Shown in pieces: positions 23,768 through 35,250 of a stretch of 64,000 nucleotides of DNA. Source of the DNA: Balanoglossus misakiensis (Eukaryota > Animalia > Hemichordata); NCBI GenBank assembly GCA_040954595.2, contig CM082585.2:1640802-1704801 (forward strand), written 5' to 3'. Below the pieces are notes generated by a model, which did no database searches, was not told the origin of the DNA, and saw only the letters and a list, made by a program, of their open reading frames with translations. The position numbers were made by a program, and so were the translations under genes. How positions within the stretch are numbered: the first letter of the stretch is position 1; every line of letters starts with the position of its first letter.

Positions 23768-25266
23768 TCATGGTTGTTTGTTTGTTTGTTTGCCTGTTTG
23801 TTTATTCGTATCTTTGTTTGTTTGTGTATTCTATCTCATTTAATATGATGCTTCTGTCACATTTGGCATTTACTGTCGCATAAACAATGACCAAACCGAC
23901 TCGACTGCGTTTGGATGCACGATGGACTTAAGAGTGAATCCATCGGTGTTTACCGGCCAAAACAAAACCGTTTGATTTCTTTAACACTGTTGCAACAAGT
24001 GAGACCCTAGTACATGTAGTATATAAATCAGAAGTCCGGTGCATGTTTGCCAGTGACACCTACCACAAAATGGTATCGCCCAAATAATGTTGGGCGCGCC
24101 CGTGGAAGTTATAAGCCCGGCGCTTTTTCCTCATGATTAATAAAACAGTTAACACAACATTGGAAATTCAGCCAATTTGTCCCTGTTTTGTAGAAATAGT
24201 GCGAGCTATACATGGCGAAAAGTTTTTCAAAAAATAGATCAAAATGGGAATTCAAATTAGTGAATATTATTGGCACTTACAGAGTTTTAATTCAAAATAG
24301 AGGATTCATTCCAATGAATATGCAAGTCAAGAAGTCACATAGGGATCATGACAATGACCTATTGATCATGTCATGATGATTATGTACAAGAGAGAAGTAA
24401 AAAACTGGTTATTGCTTGAATTTCATGTTTCTTTTTAATCAGATGTAGTCAACAGTCTTTCAACAAGTCTATAACATGATTTTGAAATGATTTTCAAAAG
24501 TACACAATTCCATACGAAAATGTTACTTTAAGATTTGTAAATTTTTCTGTATATTTGAGTTCACGTGCATAGGCTGACTCAAACATTCTTTGCATCAACA
24601 TTTACCGTCCTTTCAAAAATCTTGCCTGTAGTCCAGGTTTTACATTTGCACTTAATAGCATTATAACACCATCATGTCATCCACATGTTACCCTCACAGC
24701 CAGTCACTGTGTGTATATTGTGATTCATGAAGTACATGTAGTGCTACATATTTTTTGTGGAGATGAGACACACACACACATAGCAACCGATAGACAGACT
24801 GCTTGATAATATGCTCTGACTGATCCCTAAAGCTGAAACTTGTATGTGTTTGTACATACAACACAAAGGAACTAAAAATAGGGCATTCACATAGGGACCA
24901 TTGAAAGTTTTCTGAAACATCTCAACTCAAACATTGACATAAAAAATACTTTGTGAACAATTAAAGTCTTCCTGGAACGTTTCAGATTTGAGACGGTTTT
25001 GCCAGCCAGACCTGATCCGGTGTAATGATTAACACCTCTTCGCAACCCATTGTCTATGGGGCCGAGCCTCGCAGTGCCTATACATAAACTTTGTGTGTGT
25101 GGACACAAACGACTCAAAGGATTAATGCTCTGTGTTTACCATAGGCAAATAGTGTCTCAAATTTTTCCCTGCCTGAACCTGGTATCTGAAATGTTTCTCA
25201 TTTTACCCAGTGTAAACATGGTGAAAGACAAAATGTCCTATACCTGTATAACATAGATCATAAATT

Positions 25267-25725
25267 TATAATACCAGGGTTTACTTGGTCTGATTGAAGC
25301 TCTGTAATTGGTTGAAGCAAGGGTTTTTATTACATATGTACCGTCGATTACTTGCACCGAGCGCGCGCGTAACATCGGTATTTGCACTCAGTGCAATACC
25401 AAAAACATTATGCTATACCTGTATGCAAATGAGTGGCCTGTTCACGAAACAAGCAATATCATTCCGCGGTCTCATTTCTTTCATTTTCGGTCTTTTTTTC
25501 AAAATGGGATGAACATATGTAATAAAAACAGAACCCCATGGCTCAATCGTGCAAGCACGGCGTACCGGTAGTATTTGCACTCGTGCTGGCGGTGTATTCT
25601 TGCTGCCCCCCGCACAAGCGACAGCGAGTGCGGGGGACGGGCGCAAGAATACACCGCCAGACACTCGATGCAAATACTACCGTTACGCCGTGCTTGCACG
25701 ATCGAGCCATGGGGTTCTGTCATAA
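25267..25725. mobile_element. Crypton-like non-autonomous element ending in a ~190-bp palindrome
   Basis: Begins ttataa...tgattg/attggttg. Near-perfect palindrome at 25528-25720 (acagaaccccatggctc ... gagccatggggttctgt), ending in ataa. The family call comes from architecture only. Confidence 0.55.
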
Positions 25726-26344
25726 CATTCTCTACTAGAAGACCTGAACAGTAAATAACTGAAATAAAATACACAAAAGAGAATGCATCTGAATAGAACA
25801 CAATTTATTAACTTGGATTGGTCATGGGCATCAGGGCGCTCTACTTAAGAAATTCTAGAACATGTTTGTACAAGTGGCATTTTCATGAGCAGTGAGCAAC
25901 GAGGCCTTTCTGGCATGTAATACTTAAAATCCAAACATCAGATTTTTTATCACACAAAATCATATTATATATAATGACATTATAAATGGTGTGCGCTTAT
26001 ATTTGGTTACGGATTTAAAACCTCTTTGAGGAAAATTTTGCAGAGAGGTCTTGTATCTACAACCAAATAACCACTATGTTCATATCATTCAGATTGCTCA
26101 GTACTATCAGCGAGTTCACCAGTGGTTTCCAGAAATCTATAGGCTAAACATATGCCATTTTCATTGTGCCTCCCCCCATCTATTTCAATACAATAAATAA
26201 TGGCTGGCTTGATTTTTCACCAGGACTTTTAAACAATAGTTTTTGTTAAGATATAGACAACATTCCAGATGTGTATGAAAACTCGAGGAAAATAATAACA
26301 TTTGACCTGTCATCAGTTGTGAATTAATTAAATATTTTCATAAA

Positions 26345-26919
26345 CTACACATTATAATCAAATTTAAACTCGTATGTAATGAATAATCGTCTCAACATAA
26401 GAGCTGCTAAGGCTAGACTCAACAGCACTATCAACACGAAAGAATTACTATTTTCTTGCTGACGTATCTGGCGATTATTCTGATTTGATAGTGTGTCGTT
26501 TCTTCTTCTGGGTTGCTCATACCCTTGCTGGCTGACATTTCTTTGTCGTATGTTTGTCTCTGTGGTAGCATTGTCATTGGCATTTCTCTGGGGGTGTTTT
26601 CTGTGTTGGCAGTTGCAGGTTCTGGTGCTAGGGGAGTGTTGACATCTGCCTGGGGTGTTGCATCGGCTGGCGGTTGAACGGTGTTGTCGTTGTTCGATGC
26701 CGCATCTCTGTGTCGTGGCGGCTGTCCGGCTCCTGCAAACGCAGCGTACTGAGACACGAATGGGTTCGGGTATGACATCTGCTGGAAGTGTTGCTGGTAT
26801 GCTGCGGCTGGATAGGGTGGGGGTTGTTGGTTCGCAGAAGCTACAGGCTGGGGTGTGTTTGTGCTTGTGCTTGTTGTGGCAGTATCAGCAGAGGTTGCTA
26901 TGCTTTTCTTTGTCTCTTC
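26345..26919 (-). pseudogene. UBE2J1: Terminal coding exon of a UBE2J1 (Ubc6e)-like E2 enzyme; one-base frameshift; no other exons seen
   Basis: Acceptor ttctttttatcctccacag| then EETKKSIATSAD...QQPPPYP.... After a shift near the G-run at about 26590 it reads ...NSFVLIVLLSLALAALMLRRLFITYEFKFDYNV*. This closely matches the UBE2J1 tail anchor as I recall it (VLIVILTLALAALIFRRIYLANEYIFDFEL). AATAAA on the minus strand at 25804-25809. Confidence 0.8.
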
Positions 26920-26940
26920 CTGTGGAGGATAAAAAGAACA

Positions 26941-27178
26941 CAGTGTTTTTGCAAAGGTCGGGGAACACTGGTAATGGATTTGGGAACCCCGTTAATATTC
27001 CTATAACCTCCTAATATAACCACATTGATACACCCAGGGGAACCCCGGTAAAATGACTGGGGAACTCTGGTAGACTGCCTGACCACTGTGACATTGGCCT
27101 TGTTCTGTTGTTTTAATTCGGAGTGACTGGGGTACTCCGGTAGATTTTATCTAGGTACCGCCCTTAACAAAAACACTG
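26941..27178. mobile_element. hAT-like MITE (238 bp)
   Basis: TIR cagtgtttttgcaaaggtcgg / ccgcccttaacaaaaacactg. About 5 internal ggg(a/t)ac...gta subrepeats. No clean 8-bp TSD. Confidence 0.65.
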
Positions 27179-27221
27179 AACACAGAATCACAATTTGGAA
27201 GGCATGAGAGGCAAATACCAT

Positions 27222-28170
27222 TTAAGGATGTACACGCACAACATAAACTGATAAACAGTGCATGTGTGTCTGTTCCTGAAAGGATTACATCGATAATTGC
27301 CAGAAAACAAACTTCTACTATTGTCTTTTTCACGAAATTTTACACATAGCTCAGTCAAGTAAACGTCAATTCATTGGTCAAAAAAAATTATGTGGTCACC
27401 AAGCTCTATTATGAGATAAATTGCGTTAAAATCTTCGCCCATAGACAAACCATTGGTGAAAAATGCTGAGACAGCAAATTTCTTCTATTATCAACTAAAT
27501 TCATGGCTCTGTATTTTTTTTAAAAAGGGCAATGACCCCTACAATTTTTAACGAATTCTCATTATACATACACAGCATAATCCAAAAATCCACAATTAAA
27601 AGAATGACAATACTTTCAACGTGTATAATACCAGCATACACCTGTTTCAAGTCCAGTGTCCTAATACACCATCATCATGAATTGGAACTCAAAGCAAGGC
27701 CAATGAGCAAACCCAGATTGACAACTCATTACACCAGCAAAGTGGTTTCTTTATGGAAGTGGTGGTACCAATAAATACTTTATTCAAGGTAAGAATTTCT
27801 TATTGTAGCAGTATTTTCATTTCCATTCATGTTTTAAAGGCCTTTTTTGTAGATTCTGAGTTTCTATGCCAGACAAAGTATGATTATTTTTCCACTAATG
27901 CAGCCTGAATTAAAGTCAACATTTTTCACCATAGGTCTTTCTATGTTATTTTTCTATAGGCATGGACACAGTTAAGTTTATCTCAAAACTGAGCACAGTG
28001 GTGAGCCTACAACTTATATGAATCACTCAATTTAATTTCATTTGGATGAGTTATGAGTGAAACTTCTTAAAATTACAATAGTAGAAAAGGGTTTTCTATC
28101 AATTCTTAATGTTATCCTATGGGAAGAAACACATTCCATGAGCTCATACATGTAGTGTGTGCCATTCTTA
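27222..28170. mobile_element. Degenerate Kolobok-like element
   Basis: ttaaggatgtacacgcac ... gtgtgtgccattcttaa, with inverted arms (ttctactattgt / acaatagtagaa). An inverted homologue lies at 37070-37280. Confidence 0.5.
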
Positions 28171-29254
28171 ACCCTTTCAGTATTATATGAATCAGATATA
28201 GAAGCTTGTTCAACGTCCCGTTGCGGCCAAGCCAATCAGATTGCACGTTATGTCAATCAAAACTGAAGGATACCTAAAGTTCTCTATAAGGCACCGTCTG
28301 ATTGGTTTACTAGAGTTTTCAACGGGAGCTTCTATGGGAGTTGGTCAGATGTAGTGTGAGGCGACAGTATAAGAATACCGTACTGCGAAGTAAAAGACGT
28401 CGCCGTACCCTACATCTGATTTTAATCAGATTGTATGCACACATAAGCTGGTTTAGAATACTGATAAACCCTGATGAAACAATCTCAGTAAAATATATAC
28501 AGATGAGAATGAGAATGCAGTTAAAGTTAAATATACATTCGTTGTATCTTTTGGCTTTATTTCCAGTATTTTTGTTCTATGTAGCAAATGCGATTTCATG
28601 TTCTACTCCACACAGATTGTTACTTGTCAGCACAGAATGTATGTGTATAATGGCCATTGTCATTGTTGACAATAATTCATGGATTCTAGTCTGGACTTAA
28701 ATTCCAATTTGGCACAATAACAATGCTGACCATACACATATATGTTTCATCATGTTTCGGGAATTTGCACAAGAAACTGCTAAACAAAGATACTGAAAAC
28801 ATAGGAAAAAGGTAAAGGTAATGGAGCTTTAATTACAATTCACACTGTATACAAAATCCATGTAAAAATTCAAAATACTGGATTTGTCAGCTTCAACTGA
28901 TATGAGGGTCACACAAGAAATTGCTAAAACGTCTCAGATCAAATACTGGCATAAATTATTATTGGTGAATGGTTTAAGTGGTCCTGAATCTTCTCAGATT
29001 TGAGACACGTCTCTTACCAGGTTCACACAGGGTAAAATTTGAGACACTATTAGTCTATGGTAAACACAGAGCGTTAATACTTTGGGGGGGGGGGGTTAGC
29101 TGGGCAGGCCCGCCCTCCTTTATTTTTTGCCACCCTGCTATCTTACGCGCCGCCCTGCTTTCTTTTCATTCCCGCCTTGGTAAATATTTATTGTTTCTGG
29201 TGCACGCTCCCGCATGCGGCTGGCATTTGAGAGAATGATATTTATTCAGTTTAG

Positions 29255-30346
29255 GGATGTTTTGTCGCCTTTGTACAAAACACAAGCAGAAGGCCAAGTG
29301 CGGAGGGACTTGGGTTACAACATCTCCATGTACATGTACCACCCTTCGCGAAGACAAACTCAAGCAGCATGAAGAGACGATTATCGACCGGGCGGCAATG
29401 CAGCTTGACGCCGAGGCAGCAGTTATCGAGAACAGCAGCGGTCTTGTGGCTGCATTTGACAAGGTCATCACCTTTGAGACGCAAGCCTTCATGCATCGGC
29501 GTCCTACGATGCATGTATTTTCTCATGCACAGAGAATTGCCGCACACCACCAACTTCATCCATGTTTTGGAATTGGCAAAGTCCCTCGGGTGTTCATTCC
29601 TTGGTACTCTCAGCAGTGATGACCACAACTATAATGATTTATTGCATTGGTAAGTAGGTCTACTGATTTTTGTGCAGATCTAAATTGTAGGCAATGTAGT
29701 AACATTTATTTAAACCTGGTTGTTTTCAAGAAAGGATCACTGTTTAAGCAATAGTGTTACACTCAATAAAGAATAATTACTGTACAAATTACTGTGAATT
29801 TTGATAAGTTTAATCTGAAGAGTAATTTTCATTTATTTTATTTTTCAGGCAAAGTCATCCGTGATGAGATTTTAGAGAAGATGAAAGGAAGTAACTTCTA
29901 TTCACTGTTAATAGATGAAAACAACTAATGTGGCTGTATTGAAGCAATTAATCATCTATTCCAAGTACACCTTGAAGTCTGGGAAGTCAGTTGTGTCTTT
30001 CCTTGGAGTTAAAGAAGTAAGTGGAAAGTTTTTCAATTTTTAAGTCTACACTGAATTAAAAACATACGATTAAACATGTTTTTGAGTGACCTCATTTAAT
30101 TGATTTTGCTGACTAGTTATTTCAGGTGAGACAAACATTGAGTTGTACATTGCATGTGTTAACATCAAGGTTTTATTTTCACTGTTTTAGGTTGGTGATG
30201 GCAGAGCAGACACCATTGCACAGTCAGTGAAAGAGTTTTCTTCAGAGAATGGTATTGTCTTAAGAGATCGTCTGTCTGCTTTGGGCAGTGATGGTGCTCC
30301 TGTTATGCTAGGACAGAAAGGAGGGGTGGCTACCAAACTAAAAGAA
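29255..30346 (+). pseudogene. Spliced hAT-superfamily transposase / ZNF862-C17orf113-like gene fragment (exons 29255-29649, 29849-30016, 30191-30346)
   Basis: Motifs MFCRLC, LRCMYFL..RELPHTTNF..VLELAKSLG, FYSLLIDE, KQLIIY, DGRADTI, ALGSDGAPVMLGQKGGVATKLKE. Canonical GT-AG introns. Frameshifts at about 29490 and 29920. 3' exons absent. Confidence 0.88.
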
Positions 30347-31156
30347 GTGAGTGAAATTTTGAGTTGTGAAGACATTGTGATTTTGTAAGTTTTTAGTTGG
30401 TGTCTTTATATCGTGACAATAATAATAGTAATAATTAAAGCTGCAAGCAGCATTGAATGGGCCCAAGCATAGAGATAATAACCATTAGACTCCATTCAGG
30501 GTTGTACCATTCAATTGCGTAGGCTGTATTTGCTCTGGATGTGGAGATATGGGGAAGTAGGCAACCACCCGAAATGGATGTCCTACAAGTACAAACACAA
30601 CAACCACAAGTGAACTTCTACGTTATGTAAGGACTTCAGTTAAGTACTTCAAAGGTCAGCTGAGGGTACCCAAAAATTGGGCCAAAAATTTGGATTCCTA
30701 TTTGGTTCATATTCAAGACAACGGAAAATTCTCGCCCTTTGGGTTTTTAAAATTAGGTATGGCCATAATAATGAGTTACGCAAGTAAGTTACAGGTGGCC
30801 CTAGGAATTTAGCATTTCATGACGGTCCTACCCTACCCCTCCAAACACGTGGCTATATATGATGTGCATGCTAACATATGGAAAGCAGGTCAATGGACAC
30901 CTGAGGTCATTCAAAAATTTGACAGAAAAATTTCATTCCTGTTTATGTCTTGTGCAACAAATCCTACATTTGCAGCCCTTTCACTTTGCCTAACATTAGG
31001 TATGCACGTAATACATGAATCAAGCAGGTGTCAAAGGTATCCCCCTGTATTTGGCATTTCATGATAGTTTCATCCCTCCAAATACCAAAGCTGCACCTGT
31101 ACAACGGGATGAGATATGGCACTCTATGACAGAGGTCATCCAAATCACCTTATACA

Positions 31157-32030
31157 TCAATCAATCAATCAATCAGAGAAATTTGTATAGCGCCAGTATC
31201 TATAACAAGTGTCATACTCAAAGGCGCTTGTGCTCATTGGCCCACACCATATGCTCTTGCGAAATAATGCGTCTTCAGTCTTTTCTTAAAGATACTCAAA
31301 CTTGGAGCTTGACGAATGTTCCACAGTTTCGTTGCAGCATGAGAGAATGCTCGGCCACCGTATGAAGAACGTTTGTACATTGTAGTGCATAAAAGGCTCT
31401 TATTAGCTGAACGAAGCCTGCGACCAGGAGAATATGTCCGAATGAGATCGCGGATATAGTTCGGAGCGAGATTATTTAAGGCTTTGTATGTGAGCAGATT
31501 TATTTTATACTCTATCCTGTGGCGAACTGGTAACCAATGAAGAAGTTGAAGAACTGGCGTTATATGGGCAGACTTCCTGGACCGAGTTATGATTCTTGCA
31601 GCTGTATTTTGTGTGCGTTGTAGAAGGTTCAGACTGCGTTCTGGTATACCATACAGTAATGCATTACCATAGTCGAGTTTCGCTGCCAAAATAGCATGAA
31701 TCACTGTTTGACATGTTGCTTTGTTAAGAAATTTCCTGATTTGTCCGACACGGCGAAAGTGGTAATATATTGATTGACAAGTTTTCTTGATGTGATCTTT
31801 ATACATGTGCGTATTGTCAAATATTACACCAATATTGCGAGCTGATTTAACGACGGGAACAGAGCTTGAACCAATGGTAATCTTGTCAATAGCATCAGCA
31901 GAGTGATGAAATTGTGAACGAATAAGTAGAATCTCAGTTTTTGGAGTCGTTGAGTTGAAGCTTGTTTTGGGTCATCCAGTCCTTAAGATCACGGATACAG
32001 GCCTCAATGGACATTTGGGCAAAAACCAAC
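31157..32030 (-). mobile_element. L2-clade LINE, 5'-truncated 3' end
   Basis: RT C-terminus (WMTQNKLQLND, KLDYGNALLYG, LQRTQNTAARII, HITPVLQLLHWLPV). 3' end gcgctatacaaat plus (ttga)n tail. Confidence 0.92.
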
Positions 32031-32719
32031 TGACACTTACATTCGTCCCTGTGGAACAAAAACCAGCCCTATCGCCCTGTTGGTTAGTGTCTAATTAAAT
32101 GTACAAAATCAATGACTTAGGCAGGTGCAACAGACGACCCCGCCTTTGGTATATCATTATGGTCCCATCCGTATATGCCCCCCCCCCCCTCCCAAGCCAA
32201 AGCTGCATGCATCTGCTGTGGATGCTCACTAAGCAAAAGTAGGTGAAAGGTCACATAAGGTCGCCCACAACTTGACGGGAAAATCGGACTTCATATTGAT
32301 CCATGTGCAACAAATAGCACGCTACCACCCCTTTCATTGACCCCACAATTACGCATGCACATAATTATTGAGTTATGCAGGTGTCACAGGTGACACCCGA
32401 ATCGGGTGTATTATTTTAGTCCCATACAGCTGCATGTAGCTGCGTGCCGTTACGGGCGACCTGATAACCCACACGGCCACCTGCGGGCCGACCCCCATAC
32501 TGAACGTCCAGTTGCAACATCACGACTGAAGTAGGAACTTTTGAACGGCAACGAAGCCTGATCTCTGATTATTGCTGGTACCATACTCCTGTCGTGCAAG
32601 AAAATCACTGGTCTGCTGACGTATTTCAGCCAATTTCCCAAACTACTATCCACTACATGTGACTACAATGCTAATGAAACCTCCCACAACATTAGCGACT
32701 TAGGGTCAAAGTCCACTGT

Positions 32720-35250
32720 TTAAAATTTTTTCATCGGTTTTACTTTAAAGGATGCCCACAAACTGCAACAGTAAATATTACTACAATATGCCAAAAATAA
32801 AACTTTCTTCACATCTTGACTAAAATGTTGAAAATGTCTCAATAGCATGTTTGCTCTAACACAAAATGCTCTTCTCTGTCGTTCAATATCTTCATTATCA
32901 CAACCCTCACAAGATATAACGTGGCCCAGATAGGTGTGTACAGGTACAAACTTTAAAGTGATGTCATTAAGTTTAACCGAAGGAATTCTTTGAACGCTCA
33001 TATTCTTCCCATTAAAAAGCATGCACACAGTTTTACTAGAATTATAAATTATATCATAATCCTTGCCATAAATTTCACAAATTCTAAGAAGACGGTGTAG
33101 ACCCTTAATACTTGGACTGAGTAGAGTCATGTCGTCAGCGTAACCTAAAGTGTTAGCGCTGACACCACACATGGTACAGCCAACTTTGGCTTTACAGAGT
33201 GCATTGATAAGATCATCAATGTAGACATTAAAAAGATAGGGAGAGAGTACTCCCCCTTGTCTTACACCGTTAGAAACAGAAAACAACTCTGAGGTTTCAT
33301 TACCCCACAACACAGTAAACAATTGATTTCTGTACCATTAAAGGTCACATGTCATGCTTTGGAAAGTTTTCATTTTTCCACGTCAAAAGCTCACCTAGGG
33401 TACCTGTCTATGCATTGCCTATTGTGTCGGTTCCGAAAAATGTGCACGAATGCCGGAATTTGCCACCTTTTTTCATGCCTGTGATCGGGGAGCCACTTCG
33501 CACTCGAGCCAGGCGAAGGTATTTGCATATGGACAAACAAGTACACTATGTCGTAGTGTACCATTCTGTTTACAGTAAAGTGTAATTATCGGTCCATGAG
33601 TAATTAAGTCCACAGACAAAGATAAGCTATATAAACAGTGTTCAAAGCAAAGGAAGCCCTTGCCTCACATTGCAGGCAGAGGATTTACAAAGGTGTGAAA
33701 GACTATTTGTCCACATCAAGATAAGTCTTCGGCTTAACTTCGAAAAGCCAAAAAAAATCGACTGAGTTGGGTTAGGGGTACACGCCCACCCGCCACTTTT
33801 ACTTGCTTGTTATCTAAGCACAAGGGGCAAAACGCATTGCAAGATAGTAACATACGTTAACTTCAAGACCCAAATAGTGATTTTACGCGTGGTTGTATAG
33901 GGCATGGCATGTGACCTTTAATATAAAATTCGTACAGCATACAAGGGAACATTCCTGTCGATGAGCTTGTTAATCAGTTTAAAGTGATTAACTCTGTCAA
34001 AAGCTTTTGAAGCATCCAGAAAACAAGTAAACACTGGTCTTCCATTGCTGGTGTAGTAGCTAATGATTTCTTTAAATGCAAATAAACACAGGTCAGTTGA
34101 ATGTTCTCGCTTGAAACCAAATTGTAAATAATGAGAGGTAAGAAACTCCTCACAACGAGAAAGTAAAATAGGCTCAAAAACTTTAGAGAAAACAGTTGCT
34201 AGTGCTATCGGCCGGTAGTTACTGGCATCACTACAAAGCTTAGTTTTATCCTTAATTGGAACTAAAATAACTTTGATAGCCTCAGTTTGCAGGTAACCAT
34301 GAACAATCAAGTCAAAATGGGTAAAATAGAGGAGTCTGAGAATTTGAGGTGCTCAGCTGAAATATTGTCAATGCCAGCTGTCTTATCGTCAGGTAACTTA
34401 TGTATAGCAGAAATTACTTCTTCTTCAGAAACATACATATCAGAAGAAAATTTAACATACTTCATTTTCTCCTCGATGTCATTTTTACCAGTCTGAGCCT
34501 GGACAGAATTCAAAATATCACTGAAATGCTTGTGCCACATAATTGCAATTTCACTCTCACCAGTCGCTCCACCTACAGTGTCAGAAAGCGGCATTTTTCT
34601 GCTAGTTTGCTTTCTGACTTCCTTCCAGAAGTCGTTCTGTTTGTGGCAGCGTAAATTGTCAGCCATCTTGTCAGCCCTATTTTGATTCTCAATCTTTTTA
34701 CAAGCACGTAAAGCATACTTAAAACGAGCTCTGGAAGATTTCATGGTTTCAAAAAGCGGGCCTTGTTAAGGTTTACCCCCATTAACCCATAATAAAAACA
34801 TGGAACGGGCATAGTCGTGACTTTCTTTTACAAAATCGTTCCAGCCATGCACAACATGAACTTTCTGGTGAAACTTACGCCTAATGGTATCTTTTGCAGC
34901 ACAATTCAATGCGTCCACAACACTACTATAACAAGTATCAATTGCCTGTAAATGCGAAGGGTATGTACAGTTCACATTAGTGCAGAATAACTCTTCGGAT
35001 ATATTAATCTTATCAACCTTGGCTTTGGTACAACGGGTGTAGGCGGATATATTCTGCTGTGACAATTTTTTCCAATCAACTCGAAAATTACATTGCTTGA
35101 AGGAACTACTGCTGAAGCATTCATCAGCAGAAGTGTTGAAATGAACCTCTATTGAAACAGGAATATGGTCGGAGTCAACAACATTGCAAAGACTCGAAAT
35201 TGAAAGAACATTGCTATAAAAAATTTTAGTGGTAACACAGTGGTCAATCC
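32720..35250 (-). mobile_element. CR1/L2-group (Daphne-like) LINE ORF2 internal fragment, pseudogenised
   Basis: Endonuclease end (WIDHC, SDHIPV) and RT motifs YRPIALATVFSKVFE, QFGFK, FLDASKAFDRVNH, GVRQGGVLSPYLFNVYIDDL, YADD. Contains stops, frameshifts and a MITE insertion. Confidence 0.92.
33342..33917. mobile_element. Kolobok-like MITE (576 bp) inserted in the LINE RT
   Basis: TTAA + aggtcacatgtcatgc ... gcatggcatgtgacct + TTAA. The RT reading frame continues on both sides. Confidence 0.9.

Larger units (their letters stand above)
25126..29073. mobile_element. piggyBac-like non-autonomous element (~3.9 kb) with TTAA flanks and cargo
   Basis: TTAA + tgctctgtgtttaccataggcaaatagtgtctcaaattt ... 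aaatttgagacactattagtctatggtaaacacagagcg + TTAA. About 75-bp imperfect TIR. Confidence 0.7.

Noticed and set aside
26431-26778. 115-aa ORF as a standalone gene
   Set aside because: It is the interior of the frameshifted UBE2J1-like exon; its C-terminus is out of frame.
27630-27795. Possible + strand exon ending AAG|gtaaga
   Set aside because: No clear acceptor or recognisable product; it lies inside a degenerate element.
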